A stretch of 64,000 bases of DNA from NCBI GenBank assembly GCA_030390025.1, contig CM059438.1, positions 62,250,001 to 62,314,000 on the forward strand, in the 5' to 3' direction. Shown here one piece after another: positions 23,800-36,905 of the stretch. How positions within the stretch are numbered: the stretch's first letter is position 1; each line of letters begins with the position of its first letter. The notes under the pieces are model-generated. The model worked only from the letters and a program-made list of their open reading frames with translations, ran no database searches and had not been told where the DNA came from. Origin of the DNA: Squalus acanthias. Taxonomy: Eukaryota. Position numbers and translations under genes: made by a program.

Positions 23800-24421
23800 C
23801 AGCATATAAAAGTAGGGAAGTCCTGTTACAACTGTACAGGGCGTTGGTGAGACCACACCTTGAGTACTGCGTACAGTTTTGGTCTCCTTATTTAAGGAAG
23901 GATATACTTGCATTGGAGGCAGTTCAGAGAAGGTTCACAAGGTTGATTCCGGAGATGAAGGGGTTGTCTTATGAAGAAAGGTTGAGCAGGTTGGGCCTAT
24001 ACTCATTGGAGTTTAGAAGAATGAGAGGGGATCTTATTGAAACATACAAGATTCTGAAGGGGCTTGACAGGGTAGATGCAGAGAGGATGTTTCCCCTCGT
24101 GGGGGAATCTAGAACTAGGGGGCATAATTTCAGAATAAGGGGGCACCCTTTTAAATCGGAAATGAGGAGGAATTTCTTCTCTCAGAGGGTCATGAATCTT
24201 TGGAATTTTCTTCCCCAGAGAGCTGTGGAGGCTGGGTCATTGAATATATTTAAGCTGGAGATAGACAGATTTTTGAAAGGTAAGGGAAGTCAAGGGTTAT
24301 GGGGAGCGGGCAGGGAATTGGAGTTGAGGCCAAGATCAGATCAGCCATGATCTTATTGAATGGCGGAGCAGGCTCGAGGGGCCAAATGACCTACTCCTGC
24401 TCCTACGTCTTATGTTCTTAT
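23800..24421 (+). mobile_element. CR1 3' fragment
   Basis: ORF 23844-24350 (VRPHLEYCVQFWSP) and a CR1 tail. Confidence 0.9.
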
Positions 24422-25308
24422 AACATTCATCTCAGTGTCCTGCTTAATTCTGAGCTGAGTTCAAATGCTATATCCCATCCATCAGCAAGATGGACTATTG
24501 CCACCTCTGCCCTTACATCACCCCTATCGCTGGTGAAATCCTCATCCATGCCTTTGTCACCTCCAGGCTCAATTTCTCCGATGCTACTTTTGCCAACTCC
24601 CAAGCTATACCCAATATAAACTTCAAATTGTCAAAAGCTCTGCCACATCCTATCCCATACTAAGTCCTTCTCACCTATCATCCCTGTTCTTGCCAACCTC
24701 AGTTGGCTCCCTGTTTTCTAACATATTGATTTCAACATCCTTGTCCTCATTTGTAAATCTTTTTATAGCCTCACCCCCATCCCCTCTCTGGAATCTCCTT
24801 CAGCCCTATTAACCCAGCTCACACCCTCCACTCTTCCAATTCCAGCCTACTGTCCATCCTCTCCTCCCTCCACAACACATCAGTCGCGCAGCCTTCAGCC
24901 ACCGTGGCCATGTACTCAGTAACTCTCTTCCTAAACCTCCCTGCTTTGCTGCATTTCTCCTCACTCTTAAAAGCCTTTGCAAAATCTATCTCTTCAACCT
25001 CACGGTTGGTCTCCTCCACTAGCCCTCCTCCTAAGCCTGTTTGGTATCTGTTCCTCCTCTCCTTTTTTTTAAAAAGAACCTTTGAACCTTTTGCTATGCT
25101 GAAGGCACAGGAGCGGTCCAAGTTGTTGTAGGGGAGCCAAGACCGATTGTAGCGTCCTTTCCTCCAGCTTGGGTGGAATCACCTAATAACACAGAGCTGA
25201 GGCCTCCAGGGCACTTCCACTCTGGATGGCGTACTTACCGGCTGAACCATTGGGGTTCCTGTTAGCACAGTAACAGGTGGGTGTGACTGCTATGTAGGGG
25301 AATGCACT

Positions 25309-25497
25309 GGGGGTAATTTTAGCTTTGGGCGATGGTGCACAATGGGCGTTACTGAATTAGGCCACCCCAGTATACATCACACCGGAATTTCCATTCCATT
25401 GCAGTTAACGGAAGGGAAAATCGGGCGGGGTGTATAATGGGTGGCCAATTCGACAGCGCCCATTTTACACCACCACCCAAAGTGAAAATGAACCCCC
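25309..25497. mobile_element. Old palindromic MITE (related pieces at ~19820-19970 and ~34997-35095)
   Basis: GGGGGTAATTTT...AAAATGAACCCCC termini; imperfect fold-back across its length. Confidence 0.55.
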
Positions 25498-25586
25498 CCG
25501 CTATGTTTATGGAACAACAGGGACGTTAGAAAGTCATCTGTTTCATATTAAAACTCAGACAGACCTTGACACTCAGGTGAGCTCCG

Positions 25587-25742
25587 AGGGCTGATTTTTC
25601 TGAGTGCACACTAGCTTTGGAGAACCTCGCTGGCAATGGATTATCGGATGGACAATCGTGGGCAGCGTGCCCGGATTTCCCGGCATGCGAAGGTGGCAGC
25701 CAAGGCTCCTCACCGACCGTGCACAGTCGTAAAATCAGCCCT
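25587..25742. mobile_element. Small MITE
   Basis: 12-bp TIR AGGGCTGATTTT / AAAATCAGCCCT. Confidence 0.55.
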
Positions 25743-27908
25743 TTAAGCTTCACTTAGATGTTTTAAGGTAGGTTTCCGGAGACACGATTCCCCCCCCCCT
25801 CCCCCCCCCGCTCCCCCCAATGAAACTATTACAGCTGGGGGATGGAGTTCCAGCTCAGGGTTTCGGTTGCCAGCAGAACAAAATGTATAATTTTGGTGTC
25901 GTGGTGTGTTTGTTATATTTATTCCAAGTTAAATGGGTCTCACCACACATTCTGTCAAAGTCAGATAGCCACGGCGTGAGTCACCACCTTAAGGGAAGGA
26001 TGGGATTTGTGGGGAATAAATCAAAGTACACAGTAGGTATCTTCAATGAAAAAGCATTTAGCTGCTCGCTGTTATCTACAAAGAGTACAAAACGTAATTA
26101 CACCTGAAGTGGAATTCCTTTTCTTTATTTTTGCCTGCAGTTTCTCCCCCTCCTCTCCCAGATCCTGATTCCCTCATTGGCGAGCAGTTACCCTCTGGTA
26201 CTTTGGCCAAATGGCCAGTATTACACATGTGCGATCCTGGACAGTGAGTTCGAGGAGACACTTTGAACAGGTACACAGGGTGGGGGCGGGGGGCATTATG
26301 CAACTAGGCCTGATCATGTCCTCACCTAACTTCAACACCTGGCTCTTCTAGTGGGGATCCCCAGGTAGCAATGGCAAGAGGGAATCCTAGGCAATTTTCA
26401 GCTGCCTAATCTAGAGTTGCTGCAGCCAAGTGTAGCTCCACAATGGCTGTAATCAGCTTTTTTTTAATTCATTTGCGGGATGTGGGCGTCGCTGGCAAGG
26501 CCAGCATTTATTGCCCATCCCTGGTTGCCCTTGAGAAGGTGGTAGTGAGCCGCCTCCTTTTTGAACCGCTGCAGTCAGTGTGGTGAAGGTGCTCCCACAG
26601 TGCTGTTAGGGAGGGAGTTCCAGGATTTTGACCCAGCAACGATGAAGGAATGGCGATATATTTCCAAGTCAGGATGCTGTGTGACTTGGAGGGGAACTTG
26701 GAGGTGGTGGTGTTCCCATGCGCCTGCTGCCCTTGTCCTTCTAGGTGGTAGAGGTCACGGGTTTGGGAGTGATGTCAAAGAAGCCTTGACGAGTTGCTGC
26801 AGTGCATCTTGTAGATGGTGCACACTGCAGCCACGGTACGTGCGGTGGTGGAGGGAGTGAATGTTTAAGGTGGTCGATGGGGTGCCAATCAAACGGGCTG
26901 CTTTGTCCTGTATGGTGTCGAGCTTCTTGAGCGTTGATGGAGCTGCACTCATCCAGGCAAGTGGAGAGTATTCCATCACACTCCTGACTTAGGCCTTGTA
27001 GGTGGCTCTTGTAGCCACAGTATTTATGTGTCTGGTCCAGTTAAGTTTCTGGTCAATGGTGACCCCCCAGGATTTTGATGGTGGGGGATTCGGCGATGGT
27101 AATACCATTGAATGTCAAGGAGAGGTGGTTAGACTCTCTCTTAACATAAGAAGAACATAAGAAATAGGAGCAGGAATAGGCCACTTGGCCCCTCAAGCCT
27201 GCTCCGCCATTCAATAAGATCATGGCTGATCTTGGGCTCAAAGCCACTTCCCAGCCCACTCCCCATAACCCTTCACTCCCTTATCTTGCAAAAATTTGTC
27301 GATCTCCACTTTAAATGTATTTAATGACCCAGCCTCCACAGCTCTCTGGGGCAGAGAATTCCACAAATTTACGACCCTCTGAGAGAAGAAGTTCCTCCTC
27401 ATCTGAGTTCTAAAAGGGCGACCCTTTATTCTGAGACTGTGCCCCCGAGTTCTAGATTTCCCCATGAGGGGAAACATCCTCTCTGCATCTACCCTGTCGA
27501 GCCCCCTCAGTATCTTATAGGTTTCGATAAGATCACCTCTCATTCTTCTAAATTCCAATGAGTATAGGCCCAGCCTGCTCAACCTTTCCTCATAAGTCAA
27601 ACCCCTCATCTCTGGAATTAACCTAGTGAATCGTCTCTGAACTGCCTCCAATGCAAGTATATCCTTCCTTAAATAAGGAGACCAAAACTGTACGCAGTAC
27701 TCAAGGTGTGGTCTCACCATTACCTTGTACAGTTGTAGCAGGACCTCCCTGCTTTTATACTCCAACCCCCTTGAAATAAAGGCCAACATTACATTTGCCT
27801 TTTTGATTACTTGCTGTACCTGCATGCTAACTTTTTGTGTTTCATGCACAAGGACCCCCAGGTCCCTCTGAACTGTAGCATTTTGTAATCTCTGTCCATT
27901 TAAATAAT

Positions 27909-28727
27909 GGCCATGATGTGGAGATGCCGGTGTTGGACTGGGGTGGACAAAAGTGAGAAGTCGCACAACACCAGGTTATAGTCCAACAGGTTTATTTGAA
28001 ATCACAAGCTTTCGGAGCTGCTGCCCCTTCGTCAGGTGAAGTGAAGAAATACAAATGGGCACAGCATATATAGTCAGAGAACAATGCCTGTGCAGAGAAC
28101 AATGCCAGACGACTACAGTTAATCTTTCTAACTGCCTTTTATCACACCTCGGCAGAGAGACAATCACGGCAATCAAATCCAACCAGGTCAGTCAGGAAGA
28201 CATTATATCAAAGATAATAGCAAAATACAACAAAGACAATGAGGTGGGGTCACAGGGGGTCTAATGTGTCAGATGCTGCAGTCTATATGGAAAACAAAAA
28301 ACTTTAAACTTTTTACTTTTTTTACTGGAAATCACATCTGTGAACAAGCCAACGACGACTCGAGTCTGGATGACTCTACGTCAGGTGGGGTTACATGTAG
28401 CGTGACATGAACCCAAGATCCCGGTTGAGGCCGTCCTCATGGGTGCGGAACTTGGCTATCAGTTTCTGCTCGATGATTTTGCGTTGTCGTGTGTCTCGAA
28501 AGCCGCCTTGGAGAACGCTGTCTCTCTGCCGAGGTGTGATAAAAGGCAGTTAGAAATATTAACTGTAGTCGTCTGGCATTGTTCTCTGCACAGACATTGT
28601 TCTCTGTCTATATATGCTGTGCCCATTTGTATTTCTTCACTTCACCTGACGAAGGAGCAGCCACTCCGAAAGCTTGTGATTTCAAATAAAGCTGTTGGAC
28701 TATAACCTGGTGTTGTGCGACTTCTCA
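27909..28727. mobile_element. Penelope-like insertion with inverted ~210-bp pLTR arms
   Basis: Arms at 27953-28162 and 28519-28728; TSD CATTTAAATAAT at 27897-27908 and 28728-28739; hammerhead motifs at 28002-28039 (-) and 28642-28679 (+). Confidence 0.9.
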
Positions 28728-31700
28728 CATTTAAATAATAGCTTGCTTTTTTATTTTTCCTGCTAAAGTGGATAACCTCACACTTTCCCACATTATACTC
28801 CATCTGCCAAATGTTTGCCCACTCACCTAGCCTGTCTATATCCCTTTGCAGATTCTTTGAGTCCTTTGCACAACTTACTTTCCCACCCATCTTTGTATCA
28901 TCCGCAAACTTGGCTACATTACACTCGATCCCTTCATCCAAGTCATTAATGTAGATTGTAAATAGTTGGGGCCCCAGCACCGATCCTTGCGGCACCCCAC
29001 TAGTTACTGTTTGCCAACCAGAAAATGACCCATTTATCCCGACTCTCTGCTTCCTGATAGTTAGCCAATTCTCTATCCATGCTAATATATTACCCCCAAC
29101 TCCGTGAGCTCTTATCTTATGCAGTAACCTTTTATGTGGCACCTTATCGAATGCCTTCTGGAAATCCAAATACACCACATCCACTGGATCACCCTTGTCC
29201 ACCCTGCTTGTTACATCCTCAAATTTGTTAAACATGATTTCCCTTTCCTAAAACCATGCTGACTCTGTTTGACTTCAGTATGTTTTTTCTAAATGCCCTG
29301 CTACTGCTTCCTTAATGAAGGACTCCAGCATTTTCCCAACGACAGATGTTAGGCTAACTGGTCTATAGTTTCCTGCTTTCTGTCTCCCTCCTTTCTTAAA
29401 TAGGGGTGTTACATTAGCGGTTTTCCAATCCGCTGGGACCTCTCCAGAGTCCAGGGAATTTTGGTATATTGCAAGCAATGCATCCACTATCTCTGCAGCC
29501 ACTTCTTTTAAGACCCTGGGATGCAGGCCATCTGGTCCAGGGGACTTGTCGTCTTTTAGTCCATTATTTTACCGAGTACTATTTCCTTAGTGATAGTGAT
29601 TGTCTTTAGTTCCCCACTCCCTGTGGCCCCTTGATTATCCATTATTGGGATGTTGTTAATGTCTTCTACAGTGAAGACAGATGCAAAATATTTGTTCAGA
29701 GTCTCTGCCATTTCCCCGTTCCCCATTATTAATTCCCCAGTCACATCCTCTAAGGGACTAACGTTTACTTTAGCTACCCTCTTCCTTTTCATATACCTGT
29801 AGAAGCTCTTACTATCTGTTTTAATGTTTCTTGTCAGCTTACTCTCATAAGTCATCTTCTCTCTCTTTATTATTTTTTTAGTCATCCTTTGCTGGTTTTT
29901 AAAAATTTCCCAATCCTCTGGTCTCCCACCAATCTTGGCAACATTGTATGCCTTCATTTTCAATTTGATACCATCCTTTACTTCCTTAGTTAGCCACGGA
30001 TGGTGCTCCCTTCTCTTAAAATCTTTCTTTCTCACTGGAATATATTTTTGTTGAGAGTTATGAAATATCTCCTTAAATGTCCGCCTGCATTTCAACTTTC
30101 TTACCCTTTAATTTGTTTTTCCAGTCCACTTTAGCCAGTTCTGCCCTCATGCCATTATAATTGCCTTTGTTTAAGATCAGGACACTGGTTTGGGATACAA
30201 CTTTCTCACCCTCCAACTGAATTTGAAATTCAACCATGCTATGATCACTCTTTCCTAGAGGATCCTTTACTATGAGATCATTTATTAATTCTGTCTCATT
30301 ACATAGTACCAGATCCAAGATAACCTGCTCCCTGGTTGGTTCCATTACATACTGTTCTAGGAAAACATCCCGGATGCACTCTATGAACTCCTCCTCCAGG
30401 CTGCCATGGCCAATTTGATTTGTCCAATCAATATGGAGATTAAAATCACCCATGATTATTACCATACCTTTTTTACAGGCCTCCATTATTTGTTGATTTA
30501 TACTCTGTCCAACAGCATTGCTACTGTTCGGGGGCCTGTAGACTACGCCCACCAGAGACTTTTTCCCCTTATTATTTTTTATCTCCACCCAAACTGATAC
30601 TACATCTTGATCTTCTGAGCCAATATCACTTCTCACCACTGCACTGATCCCATCTTTTACCAACAAAGCCACCCCACCTCCCTTTCCTTTTTATCTATCC
30701 TTCCGAATTATCATATACCCTGGAATATTCAGTTCCCAGCCCTGGTCGCCTTGCAACCACGTCTCTGTAATGGCGATCAGATCATACCCATTTGTATCTA
30801 TTTGTGCCGTCAACTCATTTATCTTGTTACGAATGCTGCATGCATTCAGATATAGAGCTTTTAACTTTGTCTTTTTACCATTTTTCCTTGTTTTGGCCTT
30901 TTTTTCTGTTACACTCTTATTTTTAAACATTCTGTCCCTTCCTGTCACACTCTGGTTATTATTTCCCCCATCTCTAGCCTGCTCTATTGCTTTCTCATTT
31001 CTCATTGACTTTTTATTTTCCCGCTCACCTGGATCCTCCCCCCCACTATTTAGTTTAAAGCCCTCTCTACAGCCCTAGTTATTCGATTTGCCAGGACTCT
31101 AGCCCCAGCATGGTTCAAGTGAAGCCCGTCCAAACGGAACAGCTCCCTCTTTTCCCAGTACTGGTGCCAGTGCCCCACAAATCGAAACCCATTTCTCCCA
31201 CACCGGTCTTTGAGCCACTCGTTCATTTCTCTGATCTTATTTACCCTATGCAAATTCGCTCGTGGCTCAGGTAGTAATACAGAGATTATTACCGTTGTGG
31301 TTCTGCTTTTTAATTTAGCCCCTAGCTGCTCATACTCTCTCAGCAGAACCTCTTTCTTTGTCCTACCTATGTCATTGGTACCTACGTGGACCATGACAAC
31401 TGGATCTTCCCCCTCCCACTCCAAGTTTCTCTCCAGCCCAGAGTAGATGTCTTTAACCCTGGCACCAGGCAGGCAACACAGCCTTCGGGACTCACGCTCT
31501 CGGCTGCAGAGAACAGTACCTATCCCCCTCACTATACTGTCCCCAATCACTACAATATTTATTTTTGCTCCCCCCACTTGAATGGCTCCCTGTACCATGG
31601 TGCTGTGGTCAGTTTGCTCATCCTCCCTGCAGTTCCTGGCCTCATCCACACAGAGAGCAAGAATCTCGTACCTGTTGAACAAGGCCAAGGGCTGAGGCTC

Positions 31701-31821
31701 CTCCACCACTACCTCCTGGATCCCAATACCTGCCTCGCTTGTAGTCACACCCTCCTGTCCCTGACCATGGGCCAAATTGGAAGTAATTATTCTAGTGGGT
31801 GTGACTGCTTCCTGGAACATA

Positions 31822-32708
31822 GGGGGAAAAATTCAGTTGGTTGCGCCTCCCGTTAGCGCCTTAAGAGGGCGCTAATGGGGCGCAAAGCATCTAGCGCCCA
31901 GGCGCGGCGAAGTTTGCGCCGCTCGCGAAATTAACTAGACATTTTGCGGCGGCGCTAAACACTACCGCCACGATCTCCTGCGCCGGCAGATCATGACGTC
32001 ACTCGAGTGCGCAACGCCCCGGATCGCCCGAGGATATTGAGTGGCGCCCCCTGCCTTACCGCCTGACGCTAGCAACGACAGGTTGAGGGGAGCGTTCTGC
32101 AGTCATGAAGGGAAAGGGGGAGCGCTATTTAAAGGTGACCGCTTCCTGCCTTTTATTGTTGGTGCCATTTTTGAACTACGCATTCTGAGAGAGCGAGGGA
32201 GAGACTTCTGGAGAGATTCAACGTTGTGTGAAGGAGTTTTGGGTACTGAGCAGCACTTTGCAGGTTCATTTTGATTTGCCATTCCTTGTATCGATTTAGC
32301 AGAGACTGTGGGGGCTGCACTCTGAGCTCTTTGCCTGGTACTCTCCATTGTTCTTTCCAGCAGATTTGATGTGCAGGTCTCTCCAGGCCGAGATTCAAGG
32401 CTGCAATGAGCAGGGTGTGGATGGAAAGCAAGATTAACCATCCCCGTTAAGAACTGGCCCGTGCCATTGTGTGTGTGTTCCATTGCTGACTGACATTACA
32501 TGAGCTTCGCCAGCGCTCTGAGGTAGCGCCTCGCTCCTCGGCATTTGCGCCTTAAGACAGGTGTGAAGCGCTGATATAGCGCTGCAATCACCTACAGGGG
32601 CGATAAAAGTCAAGTTTGCAGTCGGTGGCGATAATTAGCGCCAGGCGCTAATCTTTGCGCCCGGCCGATAATTGCGCCCCAAATGGGGCGATACTGAATT
32701 TCTCCCCC
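31822..32708. mobile_element. PIF/Harbinger-like non-autonomous DNA transposon in CR1 ORF1
   Basis: TIR GGGGGAAAAATTCAGT / ACTGAATTTCTCCCCC; 3-bp TSD ATA; removing it restores ORF1 (YLDTMFQEAVTP). Confidence 0.85.
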
Positions 32709-33101
32709 ATAGTGTCCAGGTAACGCTCCCCCTCCCTAATGTGTCGCAGTGTCTGAAGCTCGGACTCCAGCTCATCAACTCTGAGCCGAAGTTCCTCGAG
32801 CAGCCAACATTTGCTGCAGATGTGGTCGCCCTGGACCTCAATGGTGTCCACCAGCTCCCACATGCAACAACAACAACACATTGCCTGGTCTCCCATCTCA
32901 ATTAATTAATTCGTTTTAAAATTTGGAACACTTATATCTTTTAATCTACACCAAGGCACTTAAATTTAGACGCTCAAGTTTGGAAAAAAAGCGAGAAATA
33001 GAGAAATACTCACCAACCAATCACTTACCTGCTTTCTGGTGACGTCACACTTCGATTACTTTTTACTTCTTTACACTCACCGGTCCTTTGTATCTCAGCA
33101 T

Positions 33102-33227
33102 CTCCCGCTGCTTTTGAACTCTCCCGGGTTTTGGCGCTCTCGCTCTGCTCCCGCTGCTTTTGAACTCTCCTGGATTTTGGCGCTCTCGCTCTGCTCCCGC
33201 TGCTTTTGAACTCTCCCGGGTTTTGGC
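33102..33227 (-). repeat. 46-bp tandem monomers (2.7 copies) at the CR1 5' end
   Basis: CTCCCGCTGCTTTTGAACTCTCCCGGGTTTTGGCGCTCTCGCTCTG repeated. Confidence 0.9.
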
Positions 33228-36200
33228 TTGGAGATGGTCATTTTCTGGCACTTGTGTGGCGCGAATGTTACTTGCCACTTATCAGCCCAAGCCTGGATGT
33301 TGTCCGGGTCTTGCTGCATGTGGGCATGGACTGCTTCATTATCTGAGGAATTACAAATGGAACTGAACACTGTGCAATCATCAGTGAACATCCCCACTTC
33401 TGATCTTATATTGGAGGGAAGGTTATTGATGAAACAGCTGAAGATGGTTGGGCCTAGGACAGTGCTCTGAGGAACTCATGCAGTGATGTCCTGGGGCTGA
33501 GATGATTGGCCTCCAACAACCACAATCATTTTCCTTTGTGCTAGGTATGACTCCAGCCAGTGAAGCGTTTTCCCCCTGATTCCAATTGACTTCAATTTTG
33601 CTAGGGTTCCTTGGTGCCATACTCGGTCAAATGCTACCTTGATGTCAAGGGCAGTCACTCTCACCGCTGGAATTCAGCTCTTTTATCCATGTTTGAAACA
33701 AGGCTGTAATGAGATCTGGAGCCGAGTGATCCTGACGGAACCCAAACTGGGTATCAGTGAGCTGGTTATTGGTGAGTAAATGCTGCTTGATAGCACTGTC
33801 GACGACACCTTCATCACTGAGCTGATGGGATGGTAATTGGCCAGATTGGATTTGTCTTACTTTTTGTGGACAAGACATACCTGGGCAGTTTTCCACTTTG
33901 TCAGGTAGATGCCAGTGTTGTAGCTGTACTGGAACAGCAAATTTAGCTCAGACCAGGGATCAGCTCTTGAACCTTCCTGGTCTGTGTGGTGTTTTATTGC
34001 AGTCCATGTTTAATAAGCACTGCTCTCTCAACGTCTGGAACAACTTTTGTCTGTGAGATTTCGCCAGGCTGTCTGAGCATCCTTTAACAACCAAGGAGAA
34101 GTGTCACGGATGCTTTCCATTCACACTTGCACATATGCACTGTTCAGTGGCTGTGTTCCCCCCCCCCCCACCCCCAACTACCATGTTACCCTCCGTCAGA
34201 CAGTGACTCATTTTGGGCTACAGGCACCAGCTGCACTTCGATACCTCACCCAAGTGCTCAATCTTCACGCGTGTGCCAGGACAGTGAATGCTGGCCGACT
34301 ACCGGTCCATGAGAAATATCTCGGCTGCGCCCAATCCTGTCCTTGCCTGGGTCCACACACATGCACCTTTCAGCAGGAGTCGCTGGATAGTAATCAAGGA
34401 GGGGATCGTTCGTCTTTTTAACCCAGGGCTGTTGAGGCCAATTGTAGGGCCCCTAATTCTGTGACTGAGACTAACTCAGCACAGACCTGGGATTGAACCT
34501 CGGAACTTCCTGGTCTGTATGACTTAGACACACACTGGGCAGTGCATTTATCCACTGAGATCCCTTTGCCAAAGAACATTATTTCCAGCTAATACAGTGA
34601 CAATATGAAACATCAGGAACCACGCAGTTATTAACTTGAACAGAAGAGATGAACAAGAACTGCTCAGCACTCTATCTGACTGATCGAATAAGTATGACCA
34701 AATGTTTTCATCAACAAATGGTTTTATATTAAAAGAGTTCAAGATGTGCTACTGTGTAATGTGTAAGTGTGAGGTTGACTCAGTTGGTCGCACTGTTGTC
34801 TCTGAGTCAGAAAGTTGTGGCTTCACGCCTCGTTACAAACATTAGCACATAATGTAGGCTGACATTTCAGTGCAGTAGTGAGGAAATGCTACATTGTCAG
34901 AGGTGCTTTCTTTCACATGAGGCCCCTTCTGCCTGTTCAGGGGGATGTAAAATGTCCCATGGCACTAATCAACAAAGAACAGGGGGTTCTCCCAATGGGG
35001 TAGATCTTGGCTTTGTGCGATAGTGTAAAACGGGTGACAGGGAGTTGGCAGCCTGTTTTGCATCACTCCCGATTTTTATTGTCAAGATTTACCCCAACGT
35101 CTTAGCCAACATTTCTCCCTTAACCAACTAGCCATCTATGTTCTGACGAGGGGTCATCGACCTGGGACGTTGGCTCTGTTTCTCTCTTCACGGATGCTGC
35201 CTGACCTGCTGAGTATCTCCAGTATTTTCTGTTTTTATTTCAGATTTCCAGCATCTGCAGTACAGGTATTTTCTTTTTGTATTAGCCATCTATGTCATTG
35301 GCTGCTGCATTTGCACTTCAAAAGTAATTCATTGGCCGTGAAGTGCTTTGGGTGTCATGAGGCGATAAGGAGCTATATAAATCCAAGTTCTTTCTTAATG
35401 AGTGGGTCCTGAAGAGCGGCTATGAAGAGGTTGAGGAGTTCCCGTGGGAGGCTGTGAAAAGATTGAAGAGTCTGATTAGTGCACTATGAAAGACAGTGTA
35501 AGGCACGGGATAACATTTATTATGCGCAATTTATAGAATTACCATGCAATTATAATTAAATAAAATATTTTACCCAGCTACAATCATGAAAACTTGTTTG
35601 CAGATTTTCTGTCATAAATTGTTTATACGGGAGTATAGACCATGATTGAGTTAGCCAGGTATGCTCAGGTAATTATATAGCAGCTTTCATATACTGAAAT
35701 CTCCCATGGCATTTCCCCAGAGAGCAGTAGACAGCAGTTAGAAAGGAGCAGAGAAGTTTGGGGAGGTGACTGATGGCACAAGCAAATTGTTAGAAGCATC
35801 TCTAACACAGCAAGTGCTGTTGTATAGGTAAGTTTAATCACTTGCTTGCAAGTTTCGTCATTTTTTATGGCTTTGTTAAGTTACAAACCTTATTTCCAGC
35901 CTTAACGACTCAGTTCAGTGGAGAATGTAAGACAGCAGTCGAAAGAAAATGTATTTGGAGCAATTGGATTTGTCCAGGTACTATTTGTTTTCTTGGTATA
36001 TTTTGATGACTGTTCATATTTCATTTGTTTATAGATGTCCTTAGTAGCTCTTCATTTGAGGCATATCTACTTGCTTTCCTCACATTGATTCACAGGTTCT
36101 GTACCTGTTCAGTTGTGATTTGAATATGAAATTTGAGTCAATCCGAAGCAAGTTGCACGTAAAAAGGTATGTGACGGACATATGCGTGCATAATATGCAA

Positions 36201-36449
36201 CGCTTTTATATAAACTCATGATCCTGCAGTGGAAGTGGTGCAGTGTGGAATGGTTGGACAGTGACAAGCACATTCAAGTAAGAGTTGGAGGCAAACAAGT
36301 GAGTAGATAAGGAACGGAGTGGAGGAGGAGAAATATGCTGAGGAAGGGATGGGAGAGTGGGGAACGGAAAGGTGATAAGAATACGGCAGTAAAATCTAAA
36401 TTTATGTTCTGACAGAAAAAGATTGTGTAGGTTAAGGTAATAATCCCTA

Positions 36450-36905
36450 CATGGGGATGGGGGATCTTAGCTACAAGGACAGGTTGGAGAAGCTGGATTT
36501 ATTTTCATTGGAGCAAAGGAGGTTGAGGGGTGATTTGATAGAGGCTGTACAAGATTATGACGGGTTTGGATAGGCTAGACGGGGAAAGGCTGTTCCCACT
36601 AGTTGATGGTACAAGGACTAGGGGACACAGATTTAAGGTTTTGGGCAAGAGATACAGGAGGGATGTGAGGAAAAACTTTTTTACACAGCGAGTGGTGAGG
36701 ACCTGGAACTCGCTGTCGGTGGAAGCGGAGACACTCAATGTTTTCAAGGGGAGACTGGATAGGCACTTGAGGGAAATAAACTTGCTGGGCTACGGGGATA
36801 GAGCGGGGGAGTGGGACTGACTGGATTGCTCTGCAGAGAGCCGGCGTGGACTCGATGGGCCGAATGGCCTCCTTCTGCTGCCATTATGGCTCTATGACTC
36901 TATTA
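36450..36905 (+). mobile_element. CR1 3' fragment
   Basis: GLDRLDGERLFP...FFTQRVVRTWNSL and a CTATGACT tail. Confidence 0.85.

Larger units (their letters stand above)
27143..33227 (-). mobile_element. Full-length CR1 LINE (about 4.4 kb net of two nested insertions)
   Basis: 5' UTR with 46-bp tandem units; ORF1 zinc finger and coiled coil (~32710-32896) plus SGNH esterase (GDSIVRG, HVGTNDI, DGLHLN; 31050-31820); ORF2 APE (YLNACSI, IAITETW, MGDFN, SDH) and RT (KFADD); frameshifted. Confidence 0.93.
26460..33940 (-). mobile_element. Second CR1-group LINE family copy, split by the full-length CR1 (parts ~26460-27142 and ~33228-33940)
   Basis: MEYSPLAWMSAAPSTLKKLDTIQDKAARLI, ALDIKVAFDRVWH and MFTDD. 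The two halves join as in the uninterrupted copy at 55625-57048. Confidence 0.85.

Noticed and set aside
31050..31820. SGNH/GDSL esterase as a host or horizontally acquired gene
   Set aside because: It is the known esterase domain of CR1 ORF1, in position upstream of ORF2.
35140..35175. Additional active hammerhead
   Set aside because: The GAAA box is mutated to GGGA; relic only.
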